Shown here: one piece after another, positions 49,862-58,315 of the stretch
Layout of the letters: each line of letters starts with the position of its first letter
Position numbering within the stretch: the stretch's first letter is position 1
Source: Candidatus Poribacteria bacterium
GTDB lineage: Bacteria; Poribacteria; WGA-4E; WGA-3G
Assembly: GCA_009839975.1 (NCBI GenBank)
Contig: VXOP01000167.1
Coordinates: 185 to 64,184 of the forward strand
Length of the DNA: 64,000 nucleotides
Reading direction: 5' to 3'
Translations under genes and position numbers: made by a program
Notes under the pieces: generated by a model
What the model saw: the letters and a program-made list of their open reading frames with translations, nothing else
What the model was told of the DNA's origin: nothing
Databases searched by the model: none

Positions 49862-50956
49862 TTGAACGTTTCTTCGGAGATCACGGTTTTGAAACTAAAA
49901 AAATTACGCGAGCAAATAAATCACATTGATGACAAACTTCTAAAACTACTGCAAGAACGTGCCGAGCTCTCAAAGCAAGTCGGCAGCTTAAAAGCAGATA
50001 TGGGATCGGAAATCCATGTGCCGCATCGTGAGTACGAAATCATAACTCGTATTAAAAAAGAGAATTTCGGTATATATCCTGAAGACGCTATTGAGAAAAT
50101 CTGGGCGGAAATCTTTTCGGCATCACGAGATGCGCAAATACCAAAAAACCGAATCGCTTTTCTCGGTCCACCGGGTAGTTTCGGACACACGGCAAGTAGA
50201 TCCTTTTTCGGACCTAAGGCAGAAATGATTCCCATCATACCTCAGACTGATATCTTTACAGAAGTTGAAACAGAACGTACTGATTTTGGTGTGGTCGCCA
50301 TTGAAAATTCTGTTTACGGTACTGTCAGAGATGTTTTGGAACGTTTCTTACACACACGTCTGAATATATGCGCGGAAATATATCAACCCATCAGACATAA
50401 TCTCATCTCAAAGTATCCACTCTCTAAGATTGAACGTGTCTACTCACACAGGCAACCTTTTGCCCAATGTAGAATATGGTTGAATAAGTTCTTGAAATCA
50501 GTGGAGCAGATTGAAGTTGTCAGTACGTCTGATGCTGCACAACGCGCGGCGGATGAACCCAATTCAGCTGCTATTGCCAGTAGCCTGGCAAGTGAAATCT
50601 ATGAAGTACCAATCATAGCAGATTCCATAATGGATGAACCAGATAACACAACCCGATTTTTTGTTATTGGAAACCAAAGGGTTGGCAAAAGCGGGAACGA
50701 TTGCACATCTATTTTCTTTGCAATCAAAGACAAAATCGGTGCGTTGTATGAAATCTTGGAAGTATTGGACAAACATCAATTAAACTTGAGTTACATAGAA
50801 TCGCTCCCCTCACGGACCAAACCGTGGGAATACATCTTTTTCGCTGATATTGATGGACATATTGACGATGAGAATATGCGTCTTGCACTTGAATCTCTTG
50901 ATGATATGTGTCGTAATGTGAAAATCCTCGGTTCATACCCACGTGGTGTAAAGTAA
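49862..50956 (+). CDS. pheA: Bifunctional chorismate mutase / prephenate dehydratase (P-protein)
   Basis: N-terminal CM helix (LRE.I..ID..LL.LL..R). PDT domain (IAFLGPPGSFGHTAS, ESRP). C-terminal ACT domain. The start is uncertain: TTG at 49862 or TTG at 49889 after GGAGA. Confidence 0.7.
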   Translation: MNVSSEITVLKLKKLREQINHIDDKLLKLLQERAELSKQVGSLKADMGSEIHVPHREYEIITRIKKENFGIYPEDAIEKIWAEIFSASRDAQIPKNRIAFLGPPGSFGHTASRSFFGPKAEMIPIIPQTDIFTEVETERTDFGVVAIENSVYGTVRDVLERFLHTRLNICAEIYQPIRHNLISKYPLSKIERVYSHRQPFAQCRIWLNKFLKSVEQIEVVSTSDAAQRAADEPNSAAIASSLASEIYEVPIIADSIMDEPDNTTRFFVIGNQRVGKSGNDCTSIFFAIKDKIGALYEILEVLDKHQLNLSYIESLPSRTKPWEYIFFADIDGHIDDENMRLALESLDDMCRNVKILGSYPRGVK

Positions 50957-51031
50957 CATATAAATCTGATCGTCCCATTATTGATTGAACTTCTCTATTG
51001 AACAATTCCCAATAACTCCAAATAGAGAACC

Positions 51032-52189
51032 ATGGAAAACACACTATCCCAACAAATTCAGAAGCGTGCACACGAACTCGGATTTGAACTTGTCGGTATT
51101 ACACCAGCCGAACAGAGTCAAACTATAGAACGTTACCGGGAATGGATTGAAAATGGATATGCCGGTAAAATGGGATACCTTGAAAGACACCTACCCCTTA
51201 AAGAAGACATGCGTAAACTCCTACAAGAGGCTAAATCTATCATAAGCCTCGCGATGAACTATTACACGATTGATCCACCAGAAGCACTCGCAGCGGATCC
51301 GAGTCGAGGACAGATTTCACGATACGCTTGGGGTGATGATTACCACGATGTTATCCGTGAACGTCTTTTAGACCTTGTTGATTTCATCAAAACCGCTGGG
51401 GAAACCCACCTGAAAAGTCGTGTCTTTGTTGATTCGGGTCCAGTCTTAGAGAGAGAATATGCACAAAAAGCCAAACTTGGGTGGATAGGTAAGAATACCA
51501 ATCTGATTAACTGGCGTTCAGGGTCATGGTATTTTCTTGCAGAAATCCTTGTCAGTATAGATTTAGAACCTGAGACGGAGATCTTACGTGGCAGTTGCGG
51601 GACATGCACAAAATGTCTTGAGGCGTGTCCAACAGACGCATTCATTGAACCGAATGTGCTGGATTCCAGGCTATGTATCTCCTATCTGACCATTGAACTG
51701 AAGGATAGCATACCAAAGGAACTCCGCTCTAAAATGGATAATCTGATTTTCGGTTGCGATATCTGCCAAGAGGTATGTCCGTGGAACAGCAAGGCAATGT
51801 CAACAGATGAACCCGCATATCAACCGCGAGATGGCAACCTTGCACCTGAATTACTGTCACTTGTCAACATGACACAAGCTGAGTTTAGTGAAAAGTATAG
51901 AGGGAGTCCGATCAAACGTGCTAAGCGGAGAGGGTTCTTACGAAACGTCATCGTTGCCATAGGCAATTGGGGATCGCGCGCTGCCGTACCAGCACTCAAA
52001 AAAGCCTTAGTAGATGACGAACCTCTAATCCGTGGTCATGCTGCTTGGGCATTAGGACAAATCGGCGGAAAGCAAGCCGAACAAGTGCTGCAAACGCATT
52101 TACAATTGGAAAATGATGCAGAAGTAACCTTAGAAATCCAAGATGCACTACAGAATATCAACTCTGAAATGGTAAAGTACAATGTATAA
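51032..52189 (+). CDS. queG: Epoxyqueuosine reductase QueG
   Basis: Two 4Fe-4S ferredoxin motifs (CGTCTKCLEACP and CDICQEVCPWN). C-terminal HEAT/PBS repeat (GHAAWALGQIGG). About 385 aa. Confidence 0.75.
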   Translation: MENTLSQQIQKRAHELGFELVGITPAEQSQTIERYREWIENGYAGKMGYLERHLPLKEDMRKLLQEAKSIISLAMNYYTIDPPEALAADPSRGQISRYAWGDDYHDVIRERLLDLVDFIKTAGETHLKSRVFVDSGPVLEREYAQKAKLGWIGKNTNLINWRSGSWYFLAEILVSIDLEPETEILRGSCGTCTKCLEACPTDAFIEPNVLDSRLCISYLTIELKDSIPKELRSKMDNLIFGCDICQEVCPWNSKAMSTDEPAYQPRDGNLAPELLSLVNMTQAEFSEKYRGSPIKRAKRRGFLRNVIVAIGNWGSRAAVPALKKALVDDEPLIRGHAAWALGQIGGKQAEQVLQTHLQLENDAEVTLEIQDALQNINSEMVKYNV

Positions 52190-52239
52190 TAATTGAAAAA
52201 AAGAAATCGACATTTACTATAAGAAAAAAACGTATCTAC

Positions 52240-53241
52240 TCACACAGCCAAACCTTCAGTCTGTTCCATATATAGTTGTGTTGTCAAGATTGCCCACATA
52301 GGTGTGAAAACCGCATAGAGGATTATTTTTTGTATCAGTATGACCATAATGACCCAAAAAGCAGGCACTGTTGATAAAGTCGTTTCTATTTTCCCAATTT
52401 CTATTAGGAAATCATTATGCTGCCATGCACCATCTATCCCTACCAAGATATTATAGATTTCTGTAGACAACAACTTTTCCTGCATCGGTTTTAGTTCAGG
52501 TGCTATAATAGAAAGGATCATGAACGTTAGAGCAAATACTAAACCGATAATTACACAAGAACCCCACAGAAGTAGCAGATACCTTACAAAGAAACTAATC
52601 CATCTGCCTTCAACAAGTTCAAAACTTCTACGGTATGCCCGAATTACCGATAGATTTTCAATGATTATGCCTTGGTTTAGCAGACTCCATCGCACAGCAA
52701 AGTAAACGAGGACACCTAAAGTTACAAGTGCGGTTAGAAAAGGTAGTAGTGGAAATTTAACTGAGAATGTTACGAACTGAGAAATCAGTAAAGTCAGAAA
52801 AATAAGAAAAAAGAACAACACGACCAATAGCAAAGACATCCCGATAATTGATAAGGATCTTTGCAAGGTATGTTTCCAGACCTCTTGGAGTGAAACATCC
52901 ATACCACGACGTAGTCTGTAAACTGTGAGAACGAGAGGACACATAGCAAACCAGAGGAAAAATGCAATGAAGGACGAATATTTCATTGACCATTTCACCG
53001 TATTTGCTTCTGGTGTAAGATTATGGGTCGCAGAAAAACCACCCGATGTATTGACAGTCCAAAAAGGTTCGGCAACAAAGTTATAATGGTAGAGAAGTGC
53101 TGCGACATCAATGAGAAAGCAAAGAAGGATCAGTGGTATCATCACTTTCCAAAACAAACCGAAATGGTTCAAATAGAACCTTAGGATCCTGCTAAAAAGT
53201 TCTGTCACTCCGACTATGTTTTTATTTGTTAATGAGTTCAT
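52240..53241 (-). CDS. Hypothetical polytopic membrane protein
   Basis: Six to eight predicted TM helices. No motif recognised. Confidence 0.45.
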   Translation of the reverse strand: MNSLTNKNIVGVTELFSRILRFYLNHFGLFWKVMIPLILLCFLIDVAALLYHYNFVAEPFWTVNTSGGFSATHNLTPEANTVKWSMKYSSFIAFFLWFAMCPLVLTVYRLRRGMDVSLQEVWKHTLQRSLSIIGMSLLLVVLFFFLIFLTLLISQFVTFSVKFPLLPFLTALVTLGVLVYFAVRWSLLNQGIIIENLSVIRAYRRSFELVEGRWISFFVRYLLLLWGSCVIIGLVFALTFMILSIIAPELKPMQEKLLSTEIYNILVGIDGAWQHNDFLIEIGKIETTLSTVPAFWVIMVILIQKIILYAVFTPMWAILTTQLYMEQTEGLAV

Positions 53242-53288
53242 TATTTCTTACGTGAATTTGATATAGTGAACATTTGAAATAATGATAC

Positions 53289-53366
53289 GAAGTCTCTGTA
53301 GGAGCGATCTCCGAATCGCGACTTAACGTAGTGATAGTCGGGAATCGGCCAGAATTATGTTAACTG
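53289..53366. repeat. Structured dispersed repeat family A, copy 2 (78 nt)
   Basis: gtaggagcgatctccgaatcgcgact-[13-nt insert]-tcgggaatcggccagaattatgttaactggcctcctac. It has the same ends and stems as the copy at 4973-5038. Confidence 0.7.
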
Positions 53367-53426
53367 GCCTCCTACATCTCAAAATGTCCCATTAATTCCA
53401 AAGTTAACTATAATTGTATAATGTCT

Positions 53427-54263
53427 TTATTCTGTAGACGAAGAAATCTGTGTTTCTTCATTAACAGTCTGAGGGGTTTCTGATGTCTTTAGTGCGTAAA
53501 CTTCCTCTAAGAATTTGTCGTATAGGATAGAACTGTCACCTCCCATCTTTTCAACGATGGGACTACCGATCCTCTCTGCCAGTTCAATCTTTCGTGTGAC
53601 TGAAAGTGTAGAACGACGTGATAGATACTCCCGTATCATACTTAACTCCATATCAGTGATGAGATGAGGTTGTATCCATTCAATATAGAGAAATTCTTGG
53701 GGGGAAATGTTGATATCTGGTACCACTTCTTTTGTACCAGCATCAGTGAGTGTGAGTTTTTTTCTTGATGTTTTTACCACAAGTGTTCCGGCTGCCAAGT
53801 CACCTAATCGTTGCCAGTTGCCATTTATCAGCATAGTGGTCATCCCTATACAATAACAGAAGGGTAGAAAATCAACGATTCTGACTAAGTTGCGGATGGC
53901 GGAATCTGCGAAGCTGATGGGATACCCGCCGACTTTCATCACCCTTAATCCGAGTAACCGTTTTCCGGGTGATTGACCATTTGTAATGATCTCAAACGCC
54001 ATATAGTATCCCCAAAAAAGTGCAAAAACAACGATTCCACTGATCGCAGCAAGCCAGTTCCCGAACACACTTCGCAATTCAAGTATGAGTTTCTCATTGA
54101 AGTATCTTCCAATGATAACGATCAATAAGAGCAGACTTGTGTCTATCAAGGCAGCATAAAACCGGGATCCGATTCCTGCTTTCTGAAAATTCAGGTTGAT
54201 CTGTTCTGGTGTTTCTACGGATAAATGATCATTCATGATTTTTATTGATACCTGTTTTATCAA
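53427..54263 (-). CDS. RDD-family membrane protein with C-terminal soluble extension
   Basis: RDD-domain pattern (RFYAALIDTSLL...). Multiple TM helices. Overlaps the downstream gene by 4 nt. Confidence 0.55.
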   Translation of the reverse strand: MIKQVSIKIMNDHLSVETPEQINLNFQKAGIGSRFYAALIDTSLLLLIVIIGRYFNEKLILELRSVFGNWLAAISGIVVFALFWGYYMAFEIITNGQSPGKRLLGLRVMKVGGYPISFADSAIRNLVRIVDFLPFCYCIGMTTMLINGNWQRLGDLAAGTLVVKTSRKKLTLTDAGTKEVVPDINISPQEFLYIEWIQPHLITDMELSMIREYLSRRSTLSVTRKIELAERIGSPIVEKMGGDSSILYDKFLEEVYALKTSETPQTVNEETQISSSTE

Positions 54264-54742
54264 AGTTCATATATCTTTGCGTCCTGGACTTCCAGGTCAA
54301 CAACAGCGACTGTTGCTTTTCCAGTTGTCCATCCTCCAGTTTCACCTGGATTTAGCAGGAGCGAATTGTCCGTATTGATATCTATCTTATGGGTGTGTCC
54401 GTAGACGACAATGTCATAATCGCCACTCTTGGCGATGGGTATAGCAAGCTCAGGATAGTGCATGACTGCAATGCTCTTGTCGCTAAGTGTTACACTGGCG
54501 AGATTGGGATGCACCTCGCCGATTGCTTCAAACTTTTTCGCAAGCACAACGCGTTCCCCATCATTGTTTCCAAAAACACCAACGACACGGCAATTGAGAT
54601 CGGCTAACGGGTCAATAGCAAATGGAGATATGAAATCTCCTGCATGGACAACGAGATCCACACCGATCTGATTAAAGAGTTCTACTGCACGTTTGACGTT
54701 TGGGATGTTGTCGTGACTATCTGACATGACACCGAGTTTCAT
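54260..54742 (-). CDS. YfcE/MJ0936-type metallophosphoesterase
   Basis: The MSDSHDN, HAGDF, GNND and GHTH metal-binding motifs are in canonical order. 160 aa. Confidence 0.8.
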   Translation of the reverse strand: MKLGVMSDSHDNIPNVKRAVELFNQIGVDLVVHAGDFISPFAIDPLADLNCRVVGVFGNNDGERVVLAKKFEAIGEVHPNLASVTLSDKSIAVMHYPELAIPIAKSGDYDIVVYGHTHKIDINTDNSLLLNPGETGGWTTGKATVAVVDLEVQDAKIYEL

Positions 54743-54758
54743 TGTAATTCCTCTCTTT

Positions 54759-56012
54759 TTATGCGGTTATAGAAGTGGGTACTCTATGAATGACATTTCC
54801 AAGGTATCCTTTGGGATTCCACGGCTGGGTGAAAGGCTGTGCATTCCCTATATCAGAATAGGCCCGTGCCCATATCTCATAATAGCCTCTGTTCGCAAGT
54901 GTTATATCGGTTTCCCAGTGATACCAAGCATACCTGTTTGATGGCGGGGTCAACTCTGTTTTTTGCCAATTGATGCCAAAATCTGTTGAGACTTGGACTT
55001 TACTGATTCGGTTTTCCCCTGCCCACGCGTGTCCTCGGACTTTTATGGTGTTTTCAGTACTGAAATCCGAATGCGGTTCGGGTCGTGTGATGAGGGATTT
55101 TACCCGTAATGAAGTGGCAATACGCATATCTTCAACGGGTGGTTTATGTCCTGGTTCTACTTGATACGCAGGTATACGGTAGGCATATCCGCTCATTTTC
55201 TCTGAGTCGTGGACTTTATCTCTCACCCAGATGCGGTTGAGCCATTTCTGCATGGAACTCCCAATCCATCCGGGAACGATTAACCGTGCGGGAAATCCGT
55301 GTGCTGCAGGTAAGACGTCTCCGTTCAATTTCAATGCGATGAGTGTGTGTTCATCCATTGCCTTTTCTATTGGAATTCCTCGTGAAAATTGTTCGCTACC
55401 ATCAGCAGGGATATCGTCTCCATAGTTTCCTGTATAGACAGCAGTCGGTTTTACACCTGCTGCCTGTAGGACATCGCGCAGACGGACACCTGTCCATTCG
55501 CTACAAGCAACGGCACCACGTCGCCAGGGAGTGCCATCCACTTCTGGCACGAATAGACTTCTTCCGTTTCCAGCGCATTCCAGCACCACATCCATTGTAA
55601 CCTGCGGGAACTGAAGCAGGTCATCCATCGTTAGTGCAAGTTCTTTATGCACTTCACCGTCTACTGTCAATTGCCATCCGCTCAGATCTTCCTTTATTGC
55701 GCGTTCTGGGATACCGTTGTTATTTCTAACAAAGTGTCGTGATGTTGGCGTAACGTTGTCATCAAGAAGGTGCGGAGGGAACTCCCCGTTGAAAGGATTA
55801 TCCGAATGGACAAGCATATCTGTTTTCGGCAAACCTGCTGCCTTCAAATCTTCCAAAACAACGGGGACTAAACCTCTATCCAATAGACCTCGGTTGACCG
55901 CTTCGCAGCCAGCACCAAAAATGCCGAGACTCGCGAGTAATGCAACTTTACCTGTTTTGGCAAGAAAGTCTCGTCTTGAGTTTGTTGACGTTTCAATCAT
56001 CGTCGCGTTCAC
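54759..56012 (-). CDS. Sulfite-oxidase-family molybdopterin oxidoreductase with TAT signal
   Basis: Twin-arginine motif SRRDFLAKTG. Mo-co binding domain plus a C-terminal dimerisation domain pattern. 417 aa. Overlaps the upstream Rieske gene by 20 nt. Confidence 0.7.
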   Translation of the reverse strand: MNATMIETSTNSRRDFLAKTGKVALLASLGIFGAGCEAVNRGLLDRGLVPVVLEDLKAAGLPKTDMLVHSDNPFNGEFPPHLLDDNVTPTSRHFVRNNNGIPERAIKEDLSGWQLTVDGEVHKELALTMDDLLQFPQVTMDVVLECAGNGRSLFVPEVDGTPWRRGAVACSEWTGVRLRDVLQAAGVKPTAVYTGNYGDDIPADGSEQFSRGIPIEKAMDEHTLIALKLNGDVLPAAHGFPARLIVPGWIGSSMQKWLNRIWVRDKVHDSEKMSGYAYRIPAYQVEPGHKPPVEDMRIATSLRVKSLITRPEPHSDFSTENTIKVRGHAWAGENRISKVQVSTDFGINWQKTELTPPSNRYAWYHWETDITLANRGYYEIWARAYSDIGNAQPFTQPWNPKGYLGNVIHRVPTSITA

Positions 56013-57906
56013 TCAGCAGCTCACCTCGTGCCAGACGTTCAGCGTTCTCGGTTGACCATAAGATGTTCTTCATCAACTTTTGAGCAGTGATGTAACGGGT
56101 TGCCGCTAATAGATGCATCCGTTTTTCTTCAAAGTCATCTGACAGGTCGTAATGTCGGAAGGCGACTTCAAGTACCTGGAACATGTGGAGTTCTGCGTCT
56201 TCACGTAGTAGGATATGTGCCAGTGTCCGCTTTAGTGCGTCAACGTCATGTCCTTCTTCAAGATACTGATTGACGAGAATCTCTGCTTCGTAGACTTTCT
56301 GGAAGTCAGCAAATTCCTGTAGCCGTTCTAACATCTTATCAACAGATGTGTAGGTTTCATCAGGTATCCGTTGCCCCGGTTTGGGGATACGTGCGGCGGG
56401 CATGTTCAACCAACGGAGATATGCCAAATAAACGACACCGTGGAATATACCGCGTAATAGGTTAGCACTCGGTGAATATTGAAACGCTTTATACAATGCA
56501 TGTGAATACGAGTAGATGTTCGCGACGTCGTGCCAGTCACCTTCGTTTTTCAGATGGAACCGGGCAGTGCGGATCGCGGAGGCATAGGTCATTGCACGAC
56601 AGATGTCGGTTGGCTCAACACCTTTGCGAAGTTGTTCTTCTACTATCTCTACTGTAGGTTCAAACTCATCAGCGAGTAGGAGTTGCGTAAATTCTGATAT
56701 ATCAATCTCAGCACTGTTGGCTTGATTGTCCTCCCAGATACTATCTATTCTCCGTAGGACAGGTCGTAGAACAGGGACAGAATCTGCCCATCGTGATGTT
56801 TCCTCATGGCGTGTTCTGCTGACAAGGTCAACGACGATGGGTCTTAAAATCTCGTGTGATCCTTCCCAGTTGACATATTCCAATGCTTCAAACATTTTGT
56901 TCGCGAAATCGAGTGCGTGACCATCTCCAGTGAAGTAAAAGTCTGTTGCTGCGGTGTAGATGAAGTCTGCGATGACAGATTTATCGTAATCTCGGTCATT
57001 TAGTGTTAGCAGGATACGTTCAGCTGCGCCGCGATGTCGTTTATTAACGAAATAACGGAACCATCTCTTTAGTGTTTCAAGGTCATGATCCTCTTTAACA
57101 CGTGGGAAGGGCGCGCGGTAGGGTCTTGCACTGCCGGAGGTTCTGCGACTGATTTGACTTAATCCGTGTACGAGGAACAGGTTATGGTCATCTGGATCGA
57201 TATCATCCCAGAGGTTTGCTGCGAGTGTCAGTATTGCTACCCCTGATGACCATCCGTCACTGCTTTTGTGTGCGCCGTAATGTAGACCTTGATGGATAAT
57301 CTCTGCTGGCGGTGCACCTGCGTCACGCAGTGCGGTGACGGCTTTAGCGATGAAGAACGTGCTGCGGTCTTTGAGTCCGCGTTCAAGCGCACGTTTACCA
57401 TTTGCAATAACACGTTTTTTTGCTGCCTCACGTTCACCTTTTGCTAATCCGACGTAAAGATAGCCATCATCCCGGACTTCAACAGGAAATGCTTTTAGGT
57501 CATCACCGGATGCTAAGAAGCATGCGCCGGATTTCAGGTCGAATTCCCAGTGGTGCCAATGGCAGATTAGCACACCATCACGGATACTTCCTTTAGACAT
57601 CGGGTATCCCATGTGTGGACACCGATTGTCAACAGCGTAGTAACTGCCGTTGTTTTTAAAAACAGCGAGGTGTGTCCCGTTGACGTGAAAGGGTTTACCT
57701 TCCAGTTCCTCAAAATCCTCTGCCGGACAGAGTTGGTGGTAGATAAGTTGGGTTTCATCTATTTCTGGTGGTGGTATTGGGTCAACAGTGATGGAACCGA
57801 TACCAGTTTCTTCAAGGGTTGAAGTTAGGTTTTGCACATTGGACCTCCTATTTGAAGATTCTATTTGATTGAGATTTACGGTTGCTCTGTTTTCAGATAT
57901 TAACAT
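55993..57906 (-). CDS. Rieske [2Fe-2S] domain protein with large C-terminal domain of unknown function
   Basis: CPHMGYPMS...CHWHHWEF Rieske motifs. The start is revised to the ATG at 57906 with an AAGGA RBS. The ORF-track start 58041 would run into the repeat cluster. Confidence 0.65.
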   Translation of the reverse strand: MLISENRATVNLNQIESSNRRSNVQNLTSTLEETGIGSITVDPIPPPEIDETQLIYHQLCPAEDFEELEGKPFHVNGTHLAVFKNNGSYYAVDNRCPHMGYPMSKGSIRDGVLICHWHHWEFDLKSGACFLASGDDLKAFPVEVRDDGYLYVGLAKGEREAAKKRVIANGKRALERGLKDRSTFFIAKAVTALRDAGAPPAEIIHQGLHYGAHKSSDGWSSGVAILTLAANLWDDIDPDDHNLFLVHGLSQISRRTSGSARPYRAPFPRVKEDHDLETLKRWFRYFVNKRHRGAAERILLTLNDRDYDKSVIADFIYTAATDFYFTGDGHALDFANKMFEALEYVNWEGSHEILRPIVVDLVSRTRHEETSRWADSVPVLRPVLRRIDSIWEDNQANSAEIDISEFTQLLLADEFEPTVEIVEEQLRKGVEPTDICRAMTYASAIRTARFHLKNEGDWHDVANIYSYSHALYKAFQYSPSANLLRGIFHGVVYLAYLRWLNMPAARIPKPGQRIPDETYTSVDKMLERLQEFADFQKVYEAEILVNQYLEEGHDVDALKRTLAHILLREDAELHMFQVLEVAFRHYDLSDDFEEKRMHLLAATRYITAQKLMKNILWSTENAERLARGELLSERDDD

Positions 57907-58005
57907 AAAATCCTTTCTGGTGCAAGCGTTTTGTTCCTTAAGGGTGTGTAAATATTTTGTCACCCTAATTGTCAATTTAAGAAGATAAATCCAATCAATT
58001 AGTGT

Positions 58006-58180
58006 CCTTAGTCCCGTAGGGACGCTATGTTTATAGTTCATGTTTGAACACCCGTTCTTTAGTCCCGTAGGGACGATATGTGAAAATAAGGCAATAACAT
58101 AAACATATCGTCCCTACGGGACTAAAGGAGGGGAGTCAACGCTTTTCTATAAACATTCCGTCCCTACGGGACTAAAGAGG
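58006..58180. repeat. Cluster of four CRISPR-like repeat units (family B) in two inverted pairs with 19-nt mini-spacers
   Basis: Minus-orientation units at 58006-58036 and 58056-58087. Plus-orientation units at 58097-58129 and 58147-58180. The consensus is ctataaacatatcgtccctacgggactaaag, with hairpin GTCCC-TAC-GGGAC. The spacing is 50 bp. The spacers are ttcatgtttgaacacccgt and gaggggagtcaacgctttt. Confidence 0.6.
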
Positions 58181-58315
58181 CTTTCTGCATTTGAAGATTC
58201 CTTTAGTTTACACCCACTGAATGCCCTAAGGCATTCATAGCGTTGATTTATAAGATAGATCTTGCGAAATCCGACACTATGAAATTCCTTGGAAGGTAAA
58301 CGTCGGAGGGATATC

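Noticed and set aside
58128-58146. 10-nt match (GTCAACGCTT) between the plus-side mini-spacer and the sequence just after the sRNA terminator at 5356-5368
   Set aside because: About one 10-mer match is expected by chance for a 19-nt query against both strands of 64 kb. This is not evidence of targeting.
58006-58180. Calling the family B cluster a canonical CRISPR array
   Set aside because: The units occur in both orientations, there are only 2+2 of them, and the spacers are 19 nt. It is reported as CRISPR-like or derived, not as a functional adaptive array.
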